Assembly (NCBI RefSeq): GCF_006345805.1
Contig: NC_043022.1
Coordinates: forward strand, 3,038,001-3,102,000
Length of the DNA: 64,000 bases
Direction of reading: 5' to 3'
Source: Octopus sinensis
Taxonomy: Eukaryota
Below, in pieces: positions 30,906-42,990 of this stretch. The notes below the pieces were generated by a model that had not been told where the DNA came from, ran no database searches, and saw only the letters and a list, made by a program, of their open reading frames with translations. The translations under genes and the position numbers were made by a program. Positions within the stretch are counted from its first letter, which is position 1, and the number at the start of each line of letters is the position of its first letter.

Positions 30906-31498
30906 TAAATAACTTTTATTTAGGGGTCTGTAGGATGGCAAGCTGGCAGAATTGTTAGCTTGCTTGAAAAATGCTTAGTGGCATTTTATCTGCCTTTTCG
31001 TTTTGAGTTCAAATTCTGCTAAGGTCGACTCAGGCCCTCTTCCAAAACTACTGGCCCTGGGCCAAAATGCTAGAACCCAATATTTTAAAATTAAGGTGGT
31101 TGGTGTTAGGAAGGGCATCTGAGCATAAAAACCATGCTAAAACAGACACAGAATCCTTGTGTGGTCTTCTGCCTGACCAGCTGGGAGGTGGACGTTCAAC
31201 AGTGATGATGTGGTGAGCTAGCAGAATCGTTAGCATACCAGGCAAAGTCCTCAGCGGTATATCTTCCTGTTTTACATTCTGAGTTCAAATTACACTGAGG
31301 GCGTCTTTGCCTTTCATCCTTTCAGGATCAATAAAAATAAGTACCAGTTGAGCACTGGGGGTTACTGTAACTGACTTACCCCTCTCTTGAACCTGCTGGC
31401 ATTGTACCAACGTTTTAAACCATGATATTAGGGGTCTGTTAGTAGTACTGTCCTGTCCTTGGGTCAAATATTTTAAATATATTCTTTTATTGATTTCT

Positions 31499-31699
31499 AT
31501 TCTTTTACTTGTTTCAGTCATTTGACTGCGGCCATGCTGTAGCACTGCCTTTGGTCAAATAAATTGACACCAGGACTTATTCTTTATAAGCCTAGTACTT
31601 ATTCTATCGGTCTCTTTTGCCAAGGGGACATAAACACACCAACATTGGTTGTCAGGCAATGTTGGGGGGACAAACAGACACACAAATATATGTACATAT

Positions 31700-31768
<69 letters not shown>

Positions 31769-32120
31769 CATCCATCCATCCATCCATCCATCCATCCATC
31801 TGAGTAAGCACATAAATGTGAAACAAGGTGGTTAAAAACAGCACTCGAATACCCGAGGTAGAGCAATATGGCTAATTATTAAAGCTGTAGAAAGTATCAC
31901 AAAAATATCACAAAAAAGCTGCTACTCAGAGTTTCACATTACTGTTTGTAGGACAGTTTTGATCTAGAATAAATACATATATATATATGTATACTGTGGG
32001 CTTCTTTCAGTTTCCATCTACCAAATCCACTCAAAATGCTTTGGTCGGCCCAAAGCTATAGTAGAAGACACTTTCTCAAGGTGCCACGCAGTGGGACTGA
32101 ACCTGGAACCATGTGGTCAG
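31499..32120 (-). mobile_element. SINE A split by a foldback-element arm (31801-31970)
   Basis: 3' half at 31499-31720, 5' half at 31985-32120; the insert gagtaagcacataaatg...actcagagtttcac matches 44650-44858. Confidence 0.75.
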
Positions 32121-32924
32121 TGGAAGCTTAGTTTTTTTTTTTTTTTTTTAATCCGTTGATCTAAATTACAATCGGTCCCACCCCCACCCCCCTCTTTCTA
32201 AAAGCCCAGATTTGCTTCATTTACATTCATCTTGCTTAATCTTTCCAATCTCATCTTTCTGCAAACTCTAGCTGTTGTTCATTCATATTTCTCTTTCTCC
32301 AGACACATTAAATAAATTCTTCAGCAATTATTATTATTATTATTATTATTATCCAAATAATGAGCTTGCAACAACATCTGCCAGCAGCACTTGTTCTCTT
32401 TTGCTATTATTTCACAGCATTTACAAGCATTTTTTTATTGTTAGTCTTCACCTTTTTCTTGTTCCTATCAGTTCATATTTCCATATTTTGTCACGTTTCT
32501 TTTTTTTTATTCCTTCAAAATGTCATTAATAAGTTGTTGTTTTTTTTTTGTTTTCTTGTTTTGTTTACATTGTATCATAATGTGTGTAGGAAAATGCTGA
32601 GTTGCTGTTTTCCAAACGAATTTGTTGCTTGGTTCAAATACATCTTTCTATTGACATCATGAGAATTTAGAAACTTTGGGAGAACGTGAAATAATTCTTT
32701 TTTTTAGAGAATGCTGAAACTCAAAGCAGACAAAAGGTGTAAATAATGATTTCAAATTTAGCACATGGCCAGCAATTTTGGGGTGGTGGGTAAGTTGATT
32801 AGATAGACCCCATTGTTTAACTGGTACCTATTTCATTGACCTTCAAAGGATGACAGGCGCAAAATTGGCCTCGGTGGAAACTGAACTTGGCTGTTGCCGG
32901 TAGCATGATTTTCAACTGTTGGGC

Positions 32925-33210
32925 TTCACGGAGGTGATGACAAGTGACCGAGACCTTTGGTGGCCTCGTCGAGCCAAGTAAAATTATAGTCATGGCCGTT
33001 GCCAGTGTCCAGTAAATGGCACCTGTGAAATCATAGTTATGGCATGTAAAAAGCACCTATTACACTCTAGGAGTGGTTGGCATTAGGAAGGGCATCTGGT
33101 CATAGAAACCATGCCAAATCAGACTGGAGCTTGGTGTAGCTCTCCTGCTTACTAGTTTCAGTCAAACCCGTCCAACCCATGCCAGCATGGAAAGCAGATG
33201 CTAATGATGA
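32925..33210 (+). mobile_element. Family C (RTE 3' tail)
   Basis: ggagtggttggcattaggaagggcatc...(gat)n. Confidence 0.8.
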
Positions 33211-34689
33211 TGAGTGGGAAGACAAGACAAAGCCAATGTTTATATCTGCCAAGGTGGCAAACTGGCAGAATTTTTAGCATGCCAGGCAAAAACACTGCTT
33301 AGGATTTTGCTCATTTTTGTGTTTTGATTTCTAATTCGTCTGTGGAGTGCACAGCCACTTACACGTTAATATCACGAGCAAGCTGTTCCGTTGATCGTAT
33401 CAGCTGGGACCCTCATTGTCGCAACCGACGGAGTGCTCCTTTAATTCGTCTAGGTCAACTTTGCCCTTTATCCTTTCAGGGTCGATAAAATAAAGTACCA
33501 GCTGAACACTGGGAGTCAATGTATTTGACCAGCCCCACTCCCTGAAACTGCTGGCCTTGTGCCAAAATTTGAAACCATTATTCACATGCTATTGTTTATA
33601 GCTTTATCTGCTTCGAGTATCATGTTCCAAGAAAGAAATACTTCTCTCCCTCTCTCTCTCTCTCTCTCTCTTTATGTATATATATATGTTCATTCATTTT
33701 TTTGCATTTCTTCAATCTTCAGTTGTGTTTCTTCCCATGCAGTGTTTCCTTCTTTGACATCTCTTTCTTCTGAACTTTGTCCTGATCTTCACGAGTAACT
33801 TACTTGGTTAAAATAACCCTCTACACCATTTTCACTGCTCGATGATAACAGAGACCGGTCTGTTTGTCGCAGGGGAATAAAATACTCCAAGAGGAAATGG
33901 AAAAACATTTTATTTTGACTTCTGTCGTATTCGTGCTGTGTTGCTCCCCCCCCCCACCACTACCAGCATCACTTCTTCCACCCGCCAAACATTGAGGTTA
34001 TACAGGGTGCCGCAAAAAAACAAAAGACAAAAAAAAAATTAACAAATTTACTCCCAGATTCACCATTCTTGATGAATGGAGAGTTTTTCTGCTGCAGAAC
34101 AAAGCTTAAACAACTGGAAAGAAATATTTTGTATCACCTAGAAACATTAATCATAGAGAAAAGTACAGAAATGTAGTATAATTTAAAGATATAGGGCTTG
34201 GATAATATCTATGTATGTATGTGTGTGTGTGTGTGTCACAAAAATCAAAGTGGAATTAGAGATTATCATAGGTTAAGATCCTTTATCATAGGAATACAAA
34301 ATACATAAAAAGTTCAAGATGTTAGGTTTCAAGCGATCCAATATTACAATCCAATGAAGAGCAGTATTAGCAAAAGAGTATTTTTATGTGTTTTGTTTTC
34401 CCATGATAAAGGAACTTGACCTACCATAATCTCTCATCCACTTGGATTTATCTCTCTTTCTCTCTCTCTCCCTACATATATATATATATGTATGTATATA
34501 CTGATCCATCGAGTAACTGAGAGTTGACTTCGACTGAACGGATATTAGATTAGATATGTGTATATATATATATATACATACACCATATGTGATGACATAG
34601 AGGATTCACGGTCTCAAAATGTGACTTTGAATTTTTCATTCAAAGATGGGCCTTTATTATGCTCTGCTGATATGCATCTAAAATACCTG

Positions 34690-35530
34690 TCATTTTATGC
34701 TGTCGAGCTCAGCATTCGAAGTTCGTGCTTTACCACCTCATCCCAGGTCTTCCTTGGTCTACCTCTTCCGCAGGTTCCCTCAACCGCTAGGGTGTGGCAC
34801 TTTTTCACACAGCTATCCTCATCCATTCTCGCTACATGACCATACCAGTGCAATCGTCTCTCTTGCACACCACATCTGATGTTTCTTAGGTCCAACTTTT
34901 CTCTCAAGGTACTTACACTCTGTCAAGTATGCACACTGACATTACACATCCATCAGATCATGCTGGCTTCATTCCTTGCGAGCTTACGCATTGTCCTCAG
35001 CAGTCACAACCCATGTTTCACTGCCATGTAGCATGGCTGTTCGTACACATGCATCATACAGTCTACCTTTTACTCTGAGAGAGAGGCCCTTTGTCACCAG
35101 CAGAGGTAAGAGCACTCTGAACTTTGCCCAGGCTATTCTTATTCTAGCAGCTACACTCTCAGAGCAACCCCCGCTACTGTCTTGCTCACCAAGGTAACGG
35201 AAGCTATCAACTACTAGTAGTTTTTCCCCTTGGAGGCTGTTTCCTGCACATTTTCAGTGTTATTGTCACACACAAAATTTATCTTCCCTGTTAGCCTTCC
35301 ATTGATATTGCTGCACCTCTTATGCGTCCATAGCTTACGCTGGGCACGTCTTATGGAGTTTCTACCTACGCCTTTTCTACAGATCAAGCAGGGCCATCTA
35401 CCTGAAGAGATTTGTGGTTTGTCTGCCTTCGTACTTACTAAGACTTTGGTTTTTGCTAGATAGACTCTAAGGCCCTTCGATTCTAGACCTTGCTTCCACA
35501 CCTGAAACTTCTCTAGTTCTGATAGTAACT
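34690..35530 (-). mobile_element. RTE-clade LINE ORF2 fragment (RT C-terminus with Cys-rich insert and C-terminal domain)
   Basis: KGLRVYLAKTKVLV...WPCLICRKGVG...HKRCS; LHGSETW; ERRLHWYGHVARMDEDS...GRGRPRKTW. Confidence 0.9.
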
Positions 35531-35603
35531 CAGTTATTAGATCATATACACACATACATACATACATACATACATATGCACACACACACGCACACACATA
35601 TAT

Positions 35604-35744
35604 AGGGAGAATTCACAAAGAAACAAAAGACGAAGACAGGTGGTGTAGACAACAAACAGATGTATTAGTTTAACGCTTGGGAAGTGAAAAAGTCTTTAAT
35701 GTTTCGAGCCTATGCACACTCACACATATTTCTGTGTGTGTGTG

Positions 35745-35822
<78 letters not shown>

Positions 35823-36032
35823 TATATATATATATATGTAGTGAGAATTTACAAAAAAAAACAAAAGACGAAGACAGGTGTATAAACAACAAACAGGTGT
35901 ATTAGTTTAATGCTTGGGAAGTGAGAAAGTCTTTTACGCTTTGAGCCTATGCTCTTCAGCAGAAAGGAACACAGAAATAAACAGGGAGAGAAAATAGAAA
36001 AAGGTTTAGTGGCTAGCGATCTATCATGGCAT
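35604..36032 (-). mobile_element. Family E (Penelope-type terminal repeat-like), partial tandem pair separated by (TA)n
   Basis: Direct repeat gagaatt.acaaa.aaacaaaagacgaagacagg at 35604 and ~35830; hammerhead-shaped motif on the minus strand. Confidence 0.6.
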
Positions 36033-36799
36033 TATATATATATACTTTCTAATGGTTAGTTAATATTTTATAGCTTTGATTTTAAATTCCAACTGACTGT
36101 TTTACATCAGGCCTTTGTCTTAGTCTGTGTTAAATATTATTTCATAATATTCTCTATATTTAAGTTTTATATTAATTTACACCCTAAATGAATAAATGAA
36201 CAAAAAAAAAATAATAAAAGGGGCCAGAATCTACCTTTATTTTCTGTTGCTAATTCTACTGAAGAAGTGAGATAAGAACCAAAAAAAAAAAAAAAAAAAA
36301 AAAACTAAACTTGTCCCCCCCCCCCCCCCCCTTTTTTCTGTTAGCTTGTTGAATCACTCTTGAAATGTCCTACCACCAGCCTGCATTATTGCTATGACAA
36401 TGATTGATGATGATTGATATGCTGTGTACCTTTTTGATCAGTCTTTGTTAGTCACATTATTTGATCATTTGGATTTTGGTTTTTGTTATTGTTTTTTTCT
36501 TCTTTTTCTTTTTTTCTTTTGCCCCTTTTTTTTTTTTCGAAATCATACAGCACGCACAATATATCTGAAACTCTCTCTCTCCTTCTCTCTCTCTCTCCCC
36601 ACTTTCAATTTGGACTTGCATGGTTTATTTTTAAAATCTTGGTGCAGAATTATTGGACAATTTTAGTTTTTAAAACATGTTTTCATTATCATCATTATTA
36701 TTATTATTACTATTACTGTTATTATTATTATTATTATTATTGTTGTTATTGAAATTCATCCTTTGGAGTGTCGATAATTCCCGTCTCAGGTTGAAGGCA

Positions 36800-38420
36800 T
36801 CAACAAACCCTCCTTATATTTTGTCCATCTTTACATTCTGAGTTTAAATTCCGCCAAGGTCAACTTTGCCTTTCATCCTTTCAGGGTTGGTAAATTAAGT
36901 ACCAGTTGAGTATTGGGGGCCGATGTAATCGACTATCTCCCTGCCCCCAAATTTCAGGATTCGTACCTATAGTAGAAAGGATTATAATCATCATCATTAA
37001 GGCAACGAACTGGCAGAATTCTTAGCTCCCCAACAAACCACTTAATGGCATTTTGTTTGACTTTATGTTCTGGGTTCAAATTCCACTAGTGTCGACTTTG
37101 CTCTTCATCCACAGGGAATTGAAAAATAAGTATCACTTGTATACTGGGATAATGTAATTGCCATGTCCCCTCCTCTCAAAAACTATGCCTTTACTACCCA
37201 CAAGGGGCTAAACACAGAGAGGACAAACAAGGACAGACAAACGGATTAAGTCAATTCCATCGACCCCAGTGCGTAACTGCAACATAATTTATTGACCCCG
37301 AAAGGATGAATGGCAAAGTCGACCTCGGCGGAATTTGAACTCAGAACGTAACGGCAGACAAAATACGGCTACGCATTTCTCCCGGCGTGCTAACGTTTCT
37401 GCCAGCTCGCAGCCTTGTCCTCCTCTCAAAAACTGCTGGCCCTGCGCCAAAATTTGAAACCATAATTATTAAGATGGCAAGTTGTTAGACTCGTTAGCAC
37501 ACTGGGCTAATTGCTTAGCAGCTTTTCTTCCAGCTTTACATTTTTTTGAGTTCAAATTCCGCAGAGGTCAACTTTGCCTTTCGTCCTTTCGAGGTTGATG
37601 AAATAAATACCAGTTACATTCTGGGGTCGATGTAATTGATTAGCTCCCGTACTCAATCCTTTTGGGGTTGATAATGAAAGTACCATATGAGTTCTGGCTT
37701 TGATGTATTGACTGATCCCCTCCCTCCAAAATCTCAGGCCTGTAGTAGAAAGGCTTATCATCATTATTACTATTAAGGTGGTGCGCTGGCACAATTGTCA
37801 GCACGTTGGGCGAAATGTTTAACGGTATTTCGTCTGCATAGATTGGCATATTTCGGTCATATTATGCGGAGAAAATCCCTGGAGAAGGACATCATGCTCG
37901 GAATGGTCAGTGGCAAGAGAGGAAGAGGCCGACCAAGAACCCGCTGGCTTGACACCATCAAGAGTGACACGGGAATGGCCAATGCCAATCTGAAAGAATC
38001 GCAGCCCAGGATAGAACTGACTGGAGGACACTGATCCAACGAGTGACCGAGAGTCGACTTCGACTGAGCGGATAGAGAGAGAGCTACATTCTGAGTTCAA
38101 ATTCCGCTGAGGTCAACTTTGCCTTTCATCCTTTCGAGGTTAATGAAATAAGTACCAGTTATAAATGAAATCATTATTATTATTATTAGTCGATCGATTT
38201 AATCAACTGGCTCCCTCCCCCAAAATTTCAGGCCCTTGTGCCTCGAGTAGAAAATATTATTATTATTATTATTATCAGCAGAAGTGTTAGTGTTGAATGA
38301 AAAGCCTCATGTCATTTGTTCTTGGTTCTTTACATTCCGAGTTCAAATCCCATCCACGTCAACTTTGCCTGTCATTTTGCTGGGACTCAGTAAAGTAAGG
38401 TAGTGGTCAAGCACTGGGGT
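36800..38420 (+). mobile_element. Cluster of family F SINEs with an inverted F1 copy (~37190-37418) and an RTE-BovB-like 3' end (37828-38080)
   Basis: 16-bp TSD cctcctctcaaaaact at 37169-37184 and 37419-37434; HRLAYFGHIMRRKSLEKDIMLGMVSGKRGRGRPRTRWLD. Confidence 0.85.
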
Positions 38421-38424
38421 CAAT

Positions 38425-38600
38425 TTAATCAGTTAAAAAGCACCCACTACACTCACGGAGTGGTTGGCGTTAGGAAGGGCATCCAGCCGTAGAAACACTG
38501 CCAGATCAGACTGGACCTGATGCAGCCTTCTGGCTTCACAGACCCCAGTTGAACCGTCCAACCCATGCTAGCATGGAAAGTGGACGCTAAATGACGATGA
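38425..38600 (+). mobile_element. Family C (RTE 3' tail)
   Basis: Same tail motifs. Confidence 0.8.
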
Positions 38601-39469
38601 TCGTCCAACCTCCCATCATATTTCTGACTTTGTGCCGAAGTAAGCGATCATTATTTTTTAATTTCATTCCTGTATAGGAGAATGAAACAGAGAATCGTTT
38701 CGTTAACCTGTAGTAATTTCCAGTTACTGTTGGACAAATTTCCTCACATCATGAGCAAACTGCAGAATTTAGAAATTGAGTAATTTGTGAGTAACTTGAG
38801 AGAGTTTAGTTGTATGATGACTATGTAGTGTCAGGATGACAATTAATTTAGCTGCTGTCCTTTTGCTGATATGTCACCTTCAGTCTAGAATAGAAATATT
38901 TGTATTTTCCATCTCTGGTTTTCAAGCGAGATGCTTAAACAGGTGTGTACCTTAGCCAACATCACAAAGGAGATAATCATTTCTTTGTAATATTTGGTGG
39001 GATTAGAAATTTGAAATTAGGGAGTAAAGAAGAAAGATCATAGAATGTACAATTTTTATTTTTCATTTATTTTTTTGCTTACATATTACAAAAGTCTTGA
39101 AATTTCTAATCTTAAGTAATCGTGATTAGCACCATTTCATTCTCTTTTGAAATCATCAGCATAGCATAATCCAAGAGATATAAATTAAGCAGTTTCTGAA
39201 AGTGAGACATGTTTTCCTCAAAATAAACTCAAAATCTGTCGTTGACTCGAAGGAAGGCAACCAGATCTGCACCACTAGATATTAAATCATTATCTTATAA
39301 CTTTTGAATGTCTTGGAATGAGACACCTTTAGAATCATATGAGAATAGTGGGTCAGGGTATTCTGGGTACTTATGTTAATGTGTTATTGCTTGGTAATAG
39401 ATAAAATCACATATAATTATATGGTAGAGGGAATAGAATTTTTATTTCAAATAATTTTACACACATAAA

Positions 39470-39906
39470 AAGGTGACACGTAAAAGCACCATCCGTTCGT
39501 GGCCGTTTGCCAGCTCTGTCTGGCCCCCGTGCCGGTGACATGTAAAAGCACCATCCGTTTCGTGGCCGTTTGCCAGCTCTGTCTGGCCCCCGTGTTGGTG
39601 GCACGTAAAAGCACCATCTGTTCGTGTCCGTTGCCAGCCTCGCCTGGCCCCCGTGCCGGTGACACGTAAAAGCACCATCCGTTCGTGGCCGTTTGCCAGC
39701 TCTGTCTGGCACCTGTGCGGGTGGCATGTAAAAAGCACCCACTACACTCACGGAGTGGTTGGCGTTAGGAAGGGCATCTAGCTGTAGAAACACTGCCAGA
39801 TCTGACTGGGCCTGATGCAGCCTTCCAGCTTCACAGACCCCAGTTGAACCGTCCAACCCATGCTAGCATGGAAAACGGACGCTAAATGATGATGATGATG
39901 ATGATG
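39470..39906 (+). mobile_element. Family C with internal ~58-bp tandem repeats
   Basis: gtaaaagcaccatccgttcgtggccgtttgccagc repeated 4 times, then the standard tail. Confidence 0.85.
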
Positions 39907-39929
39907 ACATACACTCCCAGTTAAAATAC

Positions 39930-40715
39930 TTTGCTCATGCATGCCATCGGTACAGGTGCCAGTTTTGTGGAACTGGCACATAAAAGGCACCCTTCAAATG
40001 GTGGGCAATATGCCGTGCTTGAGAAGACCCTTCAAGCCAAGTGAAAATGTAGTCATGGCCAATGTCAGTGTCGTGTAACTGGTACCTGTACCGGTGGCAC
40101 TTAAATAGCACCCCTTAAATGTTGGGCCTCACGGAGGCAGTGACAAGTGACCAAAACCTTTGGCAATATACCGTGCTCGAGAAGACCCTTCAAGCCAAGT
40201 GAAAATGTAGTCATGGCCAATGTCAGTGTCGTGTAACTGGTACCTGTACCGGTGGCACTTAAATAGCACCCCTTAAATGTTGGGCCTCACGGAGGCAGTG
40301 ACAAGTGACCGAAACCTTTGGCAATATACCGTGCTCGAGAAGACCTGTCAAACCAAGTGAGATCAAAGTCATGGCTGATGCCGGTGTGCAGAGTTGGTTC
40401 CCCCCGTGCTGGTGGTGTGTAAAAACCACCCGTTGAACATTGGGCCTCATGGAGGCAGTGACAAGTAACCAAGACCTTTGACGATATACCATGCTTGAGA
40501 AGATTTGTGAAGCCATGTGAGAACATAGTTGTGGCCAATACAGGTGTCACATAACAATCATACCAGTGGCACATAGAAAGCGGCCACTACACTCTTAGAG
40601 TGGTTGGCATTAGGAAGGGCATCCAGCTGCAGAAACCATGCCAAATCCGATTGGAACCTAGTGCAGCTCCCCAACCGTCCAACCGATGCCAGTATGGAAA
40701 ACCGTTGTTAAATGA
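39930..40715 (+). mobile_element. Longer family C copy including repeated RTE ORF2 stop region
   Basis: ccgtgct(t/c)gagaagacc..tcaagccaagtga (AVLEKT.QAK*) repeated; direct duplication of about 123 bp. Confidence 0.75.
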
Positions 40716-40727
40716 TGAGATACTCTC

Positions 40728-41276
40728 TCTTTACTCTTTTACTTGTTTCAGTCATTTGACTGCGGCCATGCTGGAGCACCGCCTTTAGTCGAGCAAATCG
40801 ACCCCGGGACTTATTCTTTGAAAGCCCAGTACTTATTCTATCGGTCTCTTTTGCTGAACCGCCAAGTGACGGGGACGTAAACACACCAGCATCGGTTGTC
40901 AAGCAATGCTAGGGGGACAAACACAGACACACAAACACACACACACACACACACACACTCGCCTGGCACCTGTGCAGGTGGCACGTAAAAAGCACCCACT
41001 ACACTCATGGAGTGGTTGGCGTTAGGAAGGGCATCCAGCTGTAGAAATATTGCCAGATAAGACTGGAGCCTGGTGCAGCCTTCTGGCTTCCCAGATCCCT
41101 GGTCGAACCGTCCAACCCATGCTAGCATGGAGAACGGACGTTAAACGATGATGATGATGATGATATATATATATATGCATATATACGATGGGCTTCTTTC
41201 AGTTTCCGTCTACCAAATCCACTCACAAGGCTTTGGTCGGCCCGAGGCTATAGTAGAAGACACTTGCCCAAGATGC
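40728..41276 (-). mobile_element. SINE A interrupted at its microsatellite by a + strand family C copy (40959-41162)
   Basis: A 3' half, (CA)n, C element with (GAT)n, then A middle. Confidence 0.8.
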
Positions 41277-41299
41277 CGCTATATCTATCTATGATACAT

Positions 41300-41898
41300 A
41301 GATAGATATAGTTGAAAATTAAGATGAGCCCCAGTATAAATACTTTGTCCATATGTTTCATCGTTGCCGTTATTTGGAACACAGCAGGGGACACTTCAAG
41401 TGCATCTTGGTTGCCTAACTGCAATGGAGTGTCAGTAGCTTGTATTGGCTCTTATCAAGTTGGTTTCAAATCAAGGGTCATAAATTTGTATATCGGTGAT
41501 AATGGCATTTCCGGGAATTACTCAGAAACAAATTGGAGAAACAATTACAGACCTGCACTCGCCTCCTTATGAGAGCTCAAAATCTCTCGTGGAAGCGCCA
41601 TCCAACCAAAATGCAAATATATGGGAAATTACCACCTGTGTCATCTCTTGTGAAAGGTAGGAGAGTCCAGTTTGCTGGACATTGTTGTAGAGCTGAAAAA
41701 GAGGTAATTTCTACTCTTCTCCTCTGGAAGCCATCTACTCACAATACCAGAGGGCGCACACTCTCCTACCCTGATGTAATCTCCAGGGATACAGGCATCC
41801 AGCAACAGGACCTCCGTAATGACATGATGGACCGTGAAGTCTGGCGTAACATAGTAAATTCCATTGTCTCGACCACGGTCGAACAATGATGATGATGA
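41300..41898 (+). mobile_element. RTE/RTEX-like LINE 3' fragment, family G
   Basis: ORF 41533-41889 TRLLMRAQNLSWKRHPTK...VSTTVEQ* and (GAT)n. Confidence 0.9.
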
Positions 41899-42039
41899 CA
41901 GACCTGCGTGGAAAATGCATATTTTACCAAATGATTTGCTCGTTAACGCCATTCAGTAAATAAACGAATAAGGAAAATTTTTAGACATATGTATGTTCAG
42001 GCACACATACACACACGCACACATATACATTTTTAAAAA

Positions 42040-42432
42040 CTTTTTTACTTGTTTCAGTCGTTTGACTGTGGCCATGCTGGAGCACCACCTTTAGTCGAGC
42101 AAATCGACCCCAGGACTTATTCTTTGTAAGCCTAGTACTTTTATTCTATCGGTCTCTTTTCCTGAACCGTTAAGTTACGGGGATGTAAGCACACCAGCAT
42201 CGGTTGTCAAGCAATGTTGGGAGGACAAACACGGACACACAAACTTATGTATATATACATTTATACAACGGGCTTCTTTCAGTTTCCATCTACCAAATCC
42301 ACTCACAAGGCAGGCTTTGGTCGGCCTGAGGCTATAGTAAAAGACACTTGCCCAAGATGCCACGCAGTGGGAATGAACCCGGAACCATGTGGTTGGTAAG
42401 CAAGCTACTTACCACACAGCCACTCCTGCACC
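42040..42432 (-). mobile_element. SINE A
   Basis: Full-length reverse complement. Confidence 0.88.
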
Positions 42433-42654
42433 TATATATATATATATACACACACACACACATAAAGAATGAGAGAAAGAGGAGTGGGGGGGGGCTGTCT
42501 TTCAGAAATCTTCTCTTGCTTTATCTGTTTCTGTTACTGCTTGTGTTGCCTGATAAAAATATATTCATTGCATCAATTTTAAAATCATTACTTATATCAT
42601 TAAATTAAGGCTTGCTGAAGTAATTGTCTGTTGCTTTTTTTTTTAAGCTAACAT

Positions 42655-42990
42655 AATGATGATAATGATGATGATCATCATCACCATTTAGCGTCCGCTT
42701 CCCATGCTAGCACGGGTTGGACGGTTCAACTGGGGTCTGGGAAGCCAGAAGGCTGCACCAGGCCCAGTCTTATCTGGCAATGTTTCTACGGCTGGATGCC
42801 CTTCCTAACGCCAACCACTCCGTGAGTGTAGTGGGTGCTTTTATGTGCCACCAGCAGAGGTGCCAGACGAGGCTGGCAAACGGCCACGATCGGATGGTGC
42901 ATTTTATGTGCCACTGGCACAGAGGCCAGTCGGGGTGGCGCTGGCAATGGCCACGTTCGGATGGTTCTCTTACGTGCCATCGGCACTGGT
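42655..42990 (-). mobile_element. Family C (RTE 3' tail)
   Basis: (cat)n tttagcgtccgcttcccatgctagc...ctggatgcccttcctaacgccaacc. Confidence 0.85.

Noticed and set aside
32710-32736. Possible 27-nt micro-exon NAETQSRQK after a poly-T acceptor
   Set aside because: Donor gtgtaa is poor and there is no homology
38678-38713. Acceptor followed by ENETENRFVNL, superficially like the TAO FATIRT region
   Set aside because: Hits a stop after 11 codons, has no credible donor, and the similarity is not convincing
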